A stretch of DNA of 64,000 nucleotides from Octopus bimaculoides (Eukaryota): contig NC_068990.1 in NCBI RefSeq assembly GCF_001194135.2, positions 87,615,086 to 87,679,085 of the forward strand, in the 5' to 3' direction. The position numbers were made by a program, and so were the translations under genes. Positions 40,691-52,904 of this stretch are shown here, one piece after another; position 1 is the first letter of the stretch; the number at the start of each line of letters is the position of its first letter. Below the pieces are notes generated by a model. The model did no database searches and was not told the origin of the DNA. It saw only the letters and a list, made by a program, of their open reading frames with translations.

Positions 40691-41859
40691 CACCACCAAA
40701 ATTATTAATAAACACAGACTGAAAAACTTCACACACCATAAAATCTGGAAATGCAAATATAACTGTATCCAAAAATGAAAAAAACACAAAGGGGCAAATA
40801 TGCAACGCCGGGTACCTTTGCCAGTTGAAATCTCTAAGCGTATGTTTGTTTATATGTATTCTTTTTTTTTTTTTGCATAAACACTCGTATACATATACTA
40901 ATATAGACACGCGCCAGTACACAAGTTCGAAAATACATTTACACACATACGATGACTAACTCACTGGCATACACTCTACACTCGCTGACAAACGCATGAG
41001 ATCACATTGATACACAGGAACACAAATATAATTGTAACACACACAACTACGCACGCGCGTATAAGATTGTTTTATAGCCTTCAGCAGGATTTGATCGCCA
41101 ATCGTGAATGTCACGAAGCCTTCCGTAAGAATGATTTCTTAATAACCCGCCAAGGTTACAAAAGCGAAGAAAAGAGAGCGGAATCTCAGCGATAGCGTTT
41201 ATAATGGTGGTGGTGGTGGTGGTGGTTGTGGTGGTGGTGGTGTATTTGCTGTTGCTTTTGGTGGTAGTTGCTTTGGAAGAGTTTATCAGATTTTTTCTTT
41301 TTTTTTTAATTAGAATTTGTTAACTTTTATTATAAGTAGAGTTTTGAAGTGAAGGTGTGTGGTCAAGTGGTCAAGTGGTTAGAGTGTTCGGTTCCATATC
41401 ATAAGGACCCTAGTTCGTATTTCTGGCCGGATGATGTGTTGCTTCATTAAGCAAACTAATGTAATGTGTACCAGCGGACGACTGGTGCACCTCTTCTTCT
41501 ATCGATCTGTCGTATCCTGGGTGTTTTGGTGGTTCACGGGTTGCCCAGTCGAGTATCTATGCCTGCTAAGAAAGCATATGAGCTTAAAGCAATTAGGGGA
41601 AAACTTGATAAATATTACAAAGTCATTCACACTTGCGATCTATGGCTGACTGTACACACAGAGCATCGAATATATTTCAAATGTGTAATTTATATTGGTT
41701 TTCCTTAGGATTCTCGACTCTTGGTGCAGTCGCAAAAGACGCTGTCGTAACACCAGGCGGCGTGTCTTGAGCATTTCGAAACCTGGCAAAGTCCATCTTT
41801 TGCCAGGTTTGATTTTAACTGATTTCTGTTCAATAAAAGAAAGAAACCAGAGCAGAATC

Positions 41860-42160
41860 GTTCCCCCACCGCTAGTTCTGAACTGGTACTTTACTCATCG
41901 ACATCGAAAAGTTTGAAACGTAAAATTAACCTCGGCGTGATTTGAACTCCGGACGAATGCCACAAGGCATTTCGTCCGACGCTTTAGCAGCCTTGACAAT
42001 TCGCTGCCAAGTTCTTTGTTAGAAAGAGAATTGACAGATTAGTGAGTACATCAGTCAGACTGCTTTACAGGAATAAACCATGTCCCTGAGTTCTCAGTTC
42101 AAATCTTTCTCATGTCGACTTTCACATTCATTCTTTAAAGGTCAATGTAATCGACTGTTC
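41860..42160. mobile_element. Head-to-head degraded SINE family B pair
   Basis: Minus copy at about 41860-42010 (ACTGGTACTT...TTTGAACTC) and plus copy at about 42060-42160 (GTTCTCAGTTCAAAT...GTCGACTTT). Confidence 0.55.
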
Positions 42161-42767
42161 TCTTCGCCCATTCGCATACCCTTACATACATCAGTGAAAA
42201 TGACCAGTTTTTGATATATTTTTCATTAGCAAAACCAAGAATCAGATTCCATTTATCTGTTTTAGTACAGAAGATATATATGCATAAATGGATACGTATG
42301 TATAGATATGTATCTGTACGTACTTTATATATATATNNNNNNNNNNNNNNNNNNNNNNNNNNNNNNNNNNNNNNNNNNNNNNNNNNNNNNNNNNNNNNNN
42401 NNNNNNNNNNNNNNNNNNNNNNNNNNNNNNNNNNNNNNNNNNNNNNNNNNNNNNNNNNNNNNNNNNNNNNNNNNNNNNNNNNNNNNNNNNNNNNNNNNNN
42501 NNNNNNNNNNNNNNNNNNNNNNNNNNNNNNNNNNNNNNNNNNNNNNNNNNNNNNNNNNNNNNNNNNNNNNNNNNNNNNNNNNNNNNNNNNNNNNNNNNNN
42601 NNNNNNNNNNNNNNNNNNNNNNNNNNNNNNNNNNNNNNNNNNNNNNNNNNNNNNNNNNNNNNNNNNNNNNNNNNNNNNNNNNNNNNNNNNNNNNNNNNNN
42701 NNNNCTAGAAATGTAATGAAAGTTCCATTAATTAAAGTGTATATATGTGTGTGTATATATAAATATG

Positions 42768-42837
<70 letters not shown>

Positions 42838-42838
42838 C
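42768..42838. repeat. (TAG)n microsatellite
   Basis: Seen directly. Confidence 0.99.
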
Positions 42839-43921
42839 ATTACTTATATAGTTGGCACTTATTGTCTCGTGTTATTCATTGAGGTCGTTTTATCCCAGTT
42901 CAAATCGTGTCCGGTTGACTTCTCCAGTGTTGGTAAAAAGAAAAGTAACCATAATATACTGTTATTGATTTACCTGTTTTCAGTGTCCTACCTAACATGT
43001 TCAACCATATGTCAATATTTATTTCAATCATAAACTACAGATTTCCCTAATTATGAAGGTAAAGGCCTAATCAGTTACATTGAATTCGCTATGTCAGACA
43101 CTCACCTGTACGCCTATATATATATATATATATATATATNNNNNNNNNNNNNNNNNNNNNNNNNNNNNNNNNNNNNNNNNNNNNNNNNNNNNNNNNNNNN
43201 NNNNNNNNNNNNNNNNNNNNNNNNNNNNNNNNNNNNNNNNNNNNNNNNNNNNNNNNNNNNNNNNNNNNNNNNNNNNNNNNNNNNNNNNNNNNNNNNNNNN
43301 NNNNNNNNNNNNNNNNNNNNNNNNNNNNNNNNNNNNNNNNNNNNNNNNNNNNNNNNNNNNNNNNNNNNNNNNNNNNNNNNNNNNNNNNNNNNNNNNNNNN
43401 NNNNNNNNNNNNNNNNNNNNNNNNNNNNNNNNNNNNNNNNNNNNNNNNNNNNNNNNNNNNNNNNNNNNNNNNNNNNNNNNNNNNNNNNNNNNNNNNNNNN
43501 NNNNNNNNNNNNNNNNNNNNNNNNNNNNNNNNNNNNNNNNNNNNNNNNNNNNNNNNNNNNNNNNNNNNNNNNNNNNNNNNNNNNNNNNNNNNNNNNNNNN
43601 NNNNNNNNNNNNNNNNNNNNNNNNNNNNNNNNNNNNNNNNNNNNNNNNNNNNNNNNNNNNNNNNNNNNNNNNNNNNNNNNNNNNNNNNNNNNNNNNNNNN
43701 NNNNNNNNNNNNNNNNNNNNNNNNNNNNNNNNNNNNNNNNNNNNNNNNNNNNNNNNNNNNNNNNNNNNNNNNNNNNNNNNNNNNNNNNNNNNNNNNNNNN
43801 NNNNNNNNNNNNNNNNNNNNNNNNNNNNNNNNNNNNNNNNNNNNNNNNNNNNNNNNNNNNNNNNNNNNNNNNNNNNNNNNNNNNNNNNNNNNNNNNNNNN
43901 NNNNNNNNNNNNNNNNNNNNN

Positions 43922-43965
<44 letters not shown>

Positions 43966-44149
43966 AATAAAGAGAAACAAAGACTGAAAATATCCAGACG
44001 ACGAACATTCATGTGTAAATATACAGATATTTATATATTAACAAAGCGGATTTACAAAGAGTACGAAGACACAGAACAATGAAGGCAGAAGGCATGATAT
44101 TACAGGTCCGACAACTGTTTCTGGGGGCTTGTAGTTACGTACAAATGTT

Positions 44150-45040
44150 GGCAGATATAGTTCCCAAAAGTCAAGGATATGCAACCATTAGTGGATGCAT
44201 ATAAACATTAGATATATCCGGCCTCTGACTTTGGCGTGGAGAGATACGTATCTAACCCGATATTTGATATCTCCTCTTCTGAGGAAGTATTCGATAAGGC
44301 ATCCCTCTACTATACAAAAACGCCCTGGCTAACAGTGGTTTCAAACAGAAGAAAGACTTACTCCCCAATAAATAAAAATACGAAACCTAAAAATAGACCA
44401 AGGAAGATTATATGGTTCACTTCTCATCCTTTCTCTTTGAAAATTAAGACTAATGTAGGTAGCAAATTCCTAGTTTTAATAGAAGAGCATTTCCCTGATA
44501 GCCATATATATATAGGATAATTTTTTAATGAATATTCAGAAAAAGTGTCATACTGTTGTCCCAACAGGAAAGATATTTCCACTTGCACATTACCAGGCAC
44601 CCACTCCATGTTTAACTGTAGAAACCCCCAAACCTTGCCCACTTGAACAGGTGTCCATGATTAGCTTATTAGCTTATAAAGTTTGAGTCACTGCAGCGTT
44701 CCAAATAATGAAACTCAAAAGAAAAGTATATTAGCATATGCTAATGTGATTTTAAAAGAAGATATGCTAACCACCAGTCTTCTTTATAACACATGGATAA
44801 GTAGAACGACACGAAGTTAGCAAGCCATATCTGGGACGGGAAGGCCAATAATATACCACTCACTATCAAAAGGAGTATCATAGAACGATCCATGCCATAC
44901 GTTAATGGATCAAAGAGATGCAAACTTTATTTAGCCGAAAGATGATTTATTCTTTTTTTACATCTAAGAACTTTACGAACCTACTGACTTCTAGATCTGA
45001 GATGTTCATTAAATGTAAATATCTGGACAAGTTTCTTTCA
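44150..45040 (+). mobile_element. Penelope-like element relic (RT thumb, Cys-rich linker, GIY-YIG endonuclease)
   Basis: ISSSEEVFDKA..., KNRPRKIIWFTSHPFSLKIKTNVGSKFL, NCRNPKPCPL, DFKRRYANHQSS, TKLASHIWD...IKRSIIERSMPYVNGSKRCKL and RSEMFIKC occur in the expected order, with frameshifts. Confidence 0.85.
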
Positions 45041-45519
45041 TTGAACTGCAAAAAACCATTCTCTCAGGATTAACATGCTATTTCACTAACTTTATCTTTT
45101 CACTATTGAATTAATTACAACAATAATTTTAATACCGATTCTAAAAAGCCAAGGACGTAACTCTTAATTCCTTTATTCCATATTTCTATCTTCCCGTTCT
45201 ACTTTTTTTTCCTTTTACCTTTTCTCTCTCATTCTTTCTCGTTCTTTCCCGCTTTTTTCTTAAAATGCAGCCATATTGTATTCTAGAGTTTGGTGGTTGC
45301 TTGGAAATGCTCGGCTTGCTATGCAAACTTGTTCGAACATCGTATTTTCAGAGGCATGAAACTAATAGTAGCCAGAATGATATTAATCTCTCACTGGATG
45401 GAGTATTTTATTTGTTGATCCCACCAATAACAGAACAATATGTGTATATATATGTGTAAGTGTGTGTGTATTCATGTATGTGTATATGTATGTGTATATG
45501 TATGTACATATGCTTTTAT

Positions 45520-45680
45520 ATGCAAAAACCTTCCACAGTTTCCACTTGCTAAATTCATTCACAAAGCATTAGTTGATCCAGGGTTACAGTAGAACAGATT
45601 TTCTCAAGGTGCACCTTGAATTCGAAACCACGTGGTTGCAGAGTGAGCTTCTTACCTGCCGGCGCCGAGCAATACCACTC
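45520..45680 (-). mobile_element. SINE family A head, diverged
   Basis: AAATTCATTCACAAAGC...CGAAACCACGTGGTTGC...CTTCTTACC. Confidence 0.5.
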
Positions 45681-45933
45681 AATTGATATTTCACTGAGAT
45701 GGTATTCAACTGAAACGCTAACACTCAGGAGTTGTCGTCAGCAGACTGTGCAAGATCAGATTCCTACCTCACTCTATTCTATATTTAATCTTAATTAATG
45801 AAAATTACTTTACTTACCATGTCAGATATGTTAGCGTGCTTTCTTAATTTGTATGAATGACAACATCAATCAGCTGATATGATTGGGGAGCGTTCAGTGA
45901 ATGTCAAAGTGACAAATTACAGAACACGTGATC

Positions 45934-45965
<32 letters not shown>

Positions 45966-46269
45966 AACTAATATCTGAATTCTAAAACGAATTGCTTAAT
46001 TTATTCCTTTTATTTGTCTTTTTGGATTTCTTAATTGACTAATGAACCAATTAACTAATTGTTATTCATTGATATTTAAATAATGGATCAACAAAACCAA
46101 AATAATGTATAATAACCACATTGACATTTAAAGTAAATCAAGAAACACTTGTTCGAAAATAGAGTTTATAAAATTCGATAATGAAACAGAATTTCTATAT
46201 TACTGATTCCTTCTACTAGAGCTTCTGCTTGCTCCGTTGCACTTCTTTTATTACAACTGTTTCTCAAGG

Positions 46270-46440
46270 TGATGAGCTAACAGCACTTCGTCCGGCTCTT
46301 TGCGTTCTGAGTTCAAATTCAGCCAAGGTCGACTCCGCCTTTCTTCCTTTTGAGGGTCGATGAAATAAGTATCAGTCAAGTATTGGGGTCGATGCCCCTT
46401 TCCCTCAAAATTGCTCGCTTTGTGCTATAATTTGAAACCT
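46270..46440 (+). mobile_element. SINE family B
   Basis: GCGTTCTGAGTTCAAATT...GGTCGACT..GCCTTTC..CCTTT.GAGGGTCGAT.AAATAAGTA. Confidence 0.8.
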
Positions 46441-46724
46441 TTATTATCATACAACTGCTTCTGCAATTGTTGCTGTTACTACTGTTGTTGTTGCTGCTAT
46501 AAAAAGCCACATTACAACACACCACTTCTCAACTGCTATCACTGCACCACACCACCTCATCACTGCCACCTTAATATCACAACACCATCATTGTTGCAAC
46601 ATCACCACCACTTCTCTAAATTATGAAGTATACATTAGTAGAGCCCGCTCATCTCCAAGTTATACATACAATATCTGTATTTGAACTCAGCATCGTCGGC
46701 TAACGAAAAACTTGTTAACATTAG

Positions 46725-46940
46725 TTTCAAATTTTGTTACAAAGCCAGAAATTTCAGGGAAGGGATAAAGCTGATTACACCAACCCAGTACTCAACTGGT
46801 ACTTATTTTACCGACCCCGAACGGATGAAAGGCAAGGTCGACCTCGGCGGAATTTGAATCCAGAATAGGGAAGATGGGCGAAATGCCACTAAGGTTTTTG
46901 CCTGGCGTGCTAACGATTCTGCTAGCTCGTGGCCTTGCAG
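46725..46940 (-). mobile_element. SINE family B
   Basis: CTGGTACTTATTT.ACCGACCCCGAACGGATGAAAGGCAAGGTCGACCTCGGCGGAATTTGAA...CTAACGATTCTGC. Confidence 0.85.
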
Positions 46941-46967
46941 CTTTTTAATATTACAGCACTGTTGTAA

Positions 46968-47198
46968 TGGCTGTGAGCTGGCAGACACGTTAGCACGCCG
47001 GGCGAAATGCTTAGCGGTATTTCGACTGCCGTTACGTTCTGAGTTCAAATTCTGCCGAAGTCGACTTTGCTTTTCATCTTTTTGAGGTCGATTAAATAAG
47101 TACCAGTTATGCACTTGGGTCGATGTAATCGACTTAATCCCTTTGTCTGTCCTTGTTTCTCCCCTCTATGTTTAGCCCCCTGTAGGCTATAAAGACAT
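46968..47198 (+). mobile_element. SINE family B, well preserved
   Basis: GAGCTGGCAGA..CGTTAGCACGCCGGGCGAAATGCTTAGCGGTATTTCG...AAGTACCAGTTA.GCACT.GGTCGATGTAATCGACTTAATCCC. Confidence 0.9.
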
Positions 47199-47220
47199 AA
47201 ATATTAGAGTACTATTGTAA

Positions 47221-47375
47221 AGCGGCGAGCTGGCAGAATCGTTAGCACGCCGGACAAAATGGTTTGTAGCATTTCGCCCGTCTTTACGTTCTCAGTTCAA
47301 ATTCCGCCGAAGTCAAGTTTAGCATTTATCCCGTTCGGGATCGATAGAATATGTAGTAGTTGAGCTCTACATTCA
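47221..47375 (+). mobile_element. SINE family B, 3'-truncated, tandem to the previous copy
   Basis: GCGGCGAGCTGGCAGAATCGTTAGCACGCCGG...GTTCAAATTCCGCCGA. Confidence 0.85.
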
Positions 47376-49671
47376 CTTTCGTATGCTTTTTTTTTTTTTT
47401 TTTTTTAAAGGCTGGATGAAATTTAAATATGTTGATGCTCTTTCTAACAGTATTTATGAAGGCAGGAAGGTAACGAGAAGTGAAGTTGGTCATTGGGTCA
47501 TGTAACACACTTGAGTGCTTTAGGCGGTCGATGCATCGGTAGAGTGTCATGGCACCTTTGTATGCAATAACCTCATAGTGTAACGTATCACCCTTAGTGT
47601 GACATGTTACACTGGGATATATATGTTGGCACACATCTATTCAGGCACACATCTTTTCAAGCACGACATACACGCGCTCATACACTTGCATGTACCACAC
47701 ATGCAAGCATGGGTATTCCATTTGATACACACACACAAGCGCACACATACACAGATTTATTGAAATACACAAAAGCGCAAATACTGAGAGCTACACTCCT
47801 GAACATACTTATGCGAAACACAAGCGCATATAAACATGCGTACAGTCACGTGTACGCATACAAAACAAGCATGCACTACATGGAAAGGTACACATGCACA
47901 TACCGGAAAATAAACACATAATAATAAATTATGCCATACTTACATGAATATTTTAGAGGACACACACGAAGAAAAACAGAAAAAATAGCAAAATTTATTA
48001 GTTTTCTTGAGTTTTATTTACAAAATATTAGAATATAAACAAACAGCTTGTGAAATTAAATCAATTAATACAGATGATAAATCTCCTGGCTTCTTCGACG
48101 TTTTTCTTCTCTTTTTCCGAACGTTTGGTAATTTAAGTTATGAGAAAGATATCTTTTTAATTACTTGAGAGAGCAAAAAGAAAGGAGTCTTTCAGTGATC
48201 TGTCTCAAAAAAACAAAAAAAAAAGTAGGTGTTAGACAAAATTTAATGATTACACTACGTTTGCTAATCTAGTTATTAAAACAAGCGTTTTTTTTTTTTA
48301 TTATTATTCTTTCAACTGCATGAAATGTTTCACTGTAATTTATTCCTAAAACTTGTTAACTTAGCTTCACAAAATGCCTTATTTTCTTATTAAAGGTCAA
48401 TGCCACAGAAAAAGGTCAAATTTGGTTAGGAAAAAGTTTAATATATCACATTTCATCAAAATAAGATAAGAAACAGTTATATTAATTAAATGATTAATAT
48501 TTTAAGTCTTGTTAGTTGACGATATATGACTTCTACACAGTGACAGCTTTGTCCTTATTACAATGATTGTATTGAAAGTATATCCGTGCAACCAATACTT
48601 TAAACACTCGCTTGGATTTCTAACTTAACTGTTTTTACTGACACGGCAATATTGTTATAACAATTATAACTATAACGAAAAAGGAGATATTGTTCACATA
48701 AAGCAAGGAGATCAAATAAACGTAGTTTCACATTTCACTATTTTACAACTGTCTAGTTTTCTTTTAAATCCTTAAAAATTATTAAAGGTTTTTAAAGTTT
48801 TTGAATGTTTCGTTCTTATGAATGTTTGACAGTCATTTCGTTTCAGTTTCATGCTTCCTTTTTTGTCTTTCATTTCCCTGCCGCATGTCATTATATTATA
48901 GCAGACATTATTTTCGTAATCCCTGTAGCTTTTTCACTTTGTAATATTATCTCAGAAACACTATACAGTGACGAATAAATCGAGATCTTCGTTTAAAGTA
49001 ATGTTCTACCTTTTAATGCATTCATTTTTATTGCTTTAACCTATAATAAAGTTTTGTTCCACGACATATAATTCAATTATTATATTAACTACCTACAAAT
49101 TCTTATAAAACCAAAATTTATTAAGCTTCGAATATCATGTAAACATAACTAATTTTACATAACTTGTTTTTCAAACAACTCTAATTCATCTGATAATTTA
49201 TTTACATTTTCAATAATTACTGCAGATTCTATAATCTTCAACAGCTGCTTATTCAAAATTCTACTCCTTCCCTTTCTCTTTATTTCTTTAATCTAATTTA
49301 TTTTCTAACTTCCACACGTTTTCTTAAAATTTTATGGTATGTCTTGTATTTAACTCTTTATACGTCGAAGCTAGTGAAACGTTTCTTTAGTACACTTTCT
49401 TATCCGAAATTGCAAACATTTTCTATCGCTACTTTAACTTAATCCACTTTTTGGTATATTTTAATCATTTATATTCTAGCTTATATTCCAATGTATTCCT
49501 TTTCACATATTTTTTAAAACTTTATATCATATTATATTTATTTTGTGTTTTTATTTTTCAAGTATTTATTCATTTATTTATTCATTTATTTACCTATTTA
49601 TTCATTTATTTATTTCTTTTGATTTCCACTGTTTCAGTATATAGATCATTGCTCTCAATAAGAAATTGTGA

Positions 49672-49890
49672 TACTGGTTTCAAATTTGGCACAAGTCCAA
49701 TAATTTCAGGGCAGGGGGCTAGTCGACTACATCGACCCTAGTATTCAACTGGTACTTATTTTAATCGACCCCGAAAGGATAAAGGATAATGTTGACCTCG
49801 GTGGAATTTGAACTCAGAACGTAAAGACGGACGAAATACCGCTAAGCATTTTGTCCGGTGTGCTAACGATTCTGCCAGCTCGCTGCCTTA
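49672..49890 (-). mobile_element. SINE family B
   Basis: AACTGGTACTTATTTTAATCGACCCCGAAAGGAT...TTTGAACTCAGAACG...CTAACGATTCTGCCAGCTCGC. Confidence 0.9.
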
Positions 49891-50639
49891 AGACCTTGTA
49901 ATATTAATATGACGCAATCCTGTAAACGAATATGTTTATTTTATGGCATGCATGCTTTATATACATCTCTTTGCACATCATTATCTCGCCTTATAGTCTT
50001 CTCTGTGCAGATCTTACCAAGTAAGTAAAATGATTCTTTGTACGACAATAAAGACACACATTCCGTCCTGATATTGTAATTTTCACGTCATCGTTAATAC
50101 AAGAGTATATAAACATACATACGCACATACGTATATGTACACGCATATACAAATACGCGCATCCATGTGTATGTGTGTTTTGAATGTAACATATTCCATC
50201 GGATCTAATCTGAAGCATAATACACAGACTGCTGTTTAATTAGCTAACTTCAATAAGTTAAGATATGTAGAGCTGTCACATCAGTCGTTTCTGATAAAAG
50301 TGAGGTAGAGTTAAACGTCTCAGAAAAATAGCATCGAACACATGTAACGAAAATGTATATAACGCTGGGACAGGCCTTGTTTCTTCAAACCGAAATCACA
50401 TGGTTTTCTTCATTAACCAGCCTCAATAAATGATGTCTCGATAATAATTGCACGATACTACATCGCAAGAAGAACGTGTGTTTTGATTGGCCACCATTTC
50501 AAACGAAATAAACGATAAATTCATTTCGATTTGTTGATCTCTTTGTTGTGGTAAAAGTAACCCCAGAGAACTCAACTGTGTGATAAAAAAAAAGCAGCTT
50601 TTATCATAGGATTTAGACATGTATGTGTTAAACAAAGTA

Positions 50640-51002
50640 CGAGGTGCGTTCAAAAAGTATCCGATATTATTTTTTCCCGCCAACACTAATGCCGCGTGGG
50701 CAAAATCCTTTGGGCTGGAGGTGACGCCACCCTTTCTGCGCATGCGTGAAACTTTTCGCGAAAGGCCGCTTCGACTCGCGGCTATAACGCCTACAGTACA
50801 GAAGTGTAATGCGTGCTCGTCAGAATTCTGTTTTCCGTAAGATGAGAGAACGCATCGAGCAGAGACCATAAACCCATGTCTCATCACCAGTGATGATTAT
50901 CTTCATGAAGTCTGGGTCACCTCCCAACCAAAGGATTTTTGCCCGCGGTGCATTAGTTTTGGTGCTTAAAAATAAAGTCGAATACTTTTTGAACGCACCT
51001 TG
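50640..51002 (+). mobile_element. Non-autonomous mariner element (MITE), 363 bp, with TA target-site duplication
   Basis: Ends TA|CGAGGTGCGTTCAAAAAGTAT ... ATACTTTTTGAACGCACCTTG|TA. Imperfect inverted repeats extend about 85 bp. Internal ATG-RERIEQR on the plus strand and PDFMKIIITGDETWVYG on the minus strand. Confidence 0.9.
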
Positions 51003-51646
51003 TATATTCCAACCGATGTCTGCTTTTTTACTCTGTTTCTTTCTAATCCCTAGTTCACCACTTCCTGTTTCCGTTCCGACTATTGATCACTTATTTTTCA
51101 GCTCGTTTAGCCAGCACACGTATCTTTCTCTTCTCCATTGTTTGCTCAACAACATCGTCTGGCACTTAACGCGCCTTTTCTTTCTCTCGGATCGCTCCAG
51201 TTGCTTTATTGTTTTCTGTTGTTTCGTTTTATTTTATTTTATCAAATAAAAAATCTTGTTTTATTTAATTTTATCGTAAATAAATATATTTTGTTTTCTT
51301 TTCTATTCTCTAGCTTCAACAATATATCCGTTTCCTGTTTTGTTGCTAAGATTCGACTCAATTTTTTCCTTATTTCTTTCCGACATGCCTTCAATGCATC
51401 TTTCTCACAACCGTATCCAGTGGTTGTTGATAGCTTTAAGGTACGTTCAAGTGTCGAAACGGTTTTAATTCGGAGTGAGACAGTTTATGATTGTTTAATT
51501 TTGGCTTATTTTTCTCTTCTGTAATTATCATCATGCGCTTTTATAGTTTGTATCCTTTGCTTTTATTTTCGATTGACCACGAACACAGACATATTGTCAA
51601 ATATGTTTTGTTTTATACATACATACATACATACATACATACATAC

Positions 51647-51990
51647 AGGCTTCTCAAAACCAGAAAGGAGAAAGCTGATTCAAAGACTACAGATCTAATC
51701 CATCACTGGAACTATAAAAATCTGTTAAACTTTCCAGAAGTTTATCATTTAAATATACATGAGCATGTCTAGATATGCAACTATATGCATGAGATTGTAC
51801 ACATAAAACAAAACATACAAATCTGCACATAGACATACATGCATACATACATACATACATACATACATACATACATACAAAAATACGCTGTTGATGTTGA
51901 AATTCCAATGAAGGAGCCTTAGATCAAGGTTAGAAACCGGCTCTTACTCTATTGACAAGAAATCTTGAAATAAAACTGAACAAAGGCATA
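51647..51990 (+). mobile_element. 5'-truncated copy of the same RLE-LINE 3' end, inserted in (TACA)n
   Basis: Aligns by eye to about 38558-38905 (GGCTTCTCAAAA...AAATAAAACTGAACAA). Flanked by (TACA)n on both sides. Confidence 0.85.
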
Positions 51991-52019
51991 CATACGTACA
52001 TACATATATATAGTTGGTG

Positions 52020-52308
52020 AATTTGATTCTCGGACTGAGCTGTGTGTCATGTTCTCGAGCATGACGCTTTATTTCGCGTTGCTCCAGTTCACTCAGTTAT
52101 AGAAATGAGTTTCGACGTCACTGGTGCCAAGCTGTTTCTGGCTTTGCCTTTCCTTTTGATAACATCGGTGGCGTGGAGAATGGAGACTGGTATGCATAGG
52201 CGACTGCTACTCTTCCATAAACAACCTTGCTCGGACTTGAACCCAGGAGGGGAACTTTCTAGATACAATCACATGGTCATTCAAGACCGACGGGGACCTT
52301 TACCCTTT

Positions 52309-52310
<2 letters not shown>
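52020..52310 (+). mobile_element. SINE family C-related copy, third tail type
   Basis: CTCGAGCATGACGCTTTATTTCGCGTTGCTCCAGTTCACTCAG matches the central domain of 59780-59830 in reverse. Confidence 0.6.
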
Positions 52311-52348
<38 letters not shown>

Positions 52349-52680
52349 ATGATATGATAATATATGATATGATATAGGGAATACGTATATATGGCATTAT
52401 ATCATTAACAAAATATATAGAAATAACAAAAATATAACAACCTAAGCAAAACTACTCCTAAATAATTCTTTGCTTTTGTCCCAAAACTTCACTGTTTCAT
52501 GCAATAACGTTTTACGCAAACGGGTGAACATACTGAAACGGTAATACGCAACATACAATCACACACATGAGTACACTACCGTATATGGACACGTATAAGC
52601 GTAAATAAATTTGAAAGCTACATTTTGAAATAAATATTGTTATCTGAAAACTTGAATGTTATTTTTTATCCATTTCTACA

Positions 52681-52904
52681 GTCCGATATCTTTATACATG
52701 TTTCGCTTTTATCAAAGAGCAATGTCCTTTTCGGGATGTGATCGTTCGGCAGAATAGAGATGCATCGTAGATTTACTTAAGGAAATATTCATTTCAGTGT
52801 ATTCCGGCGTCTATCGTGACGTTTCCAGTAATACTAGTTGACATATAGTAGACACATGCAGGAAGGACATGAACCAAACTTTCAGCCCTTTAGGGCGAAA
52901 ATCA
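52681..52904 (+). repeat. 224-bp direct repeat, copy 1
   Basis: Identical to 54278-54501 except 3 substitutions, by visual comparison. Confidence 0.95.
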
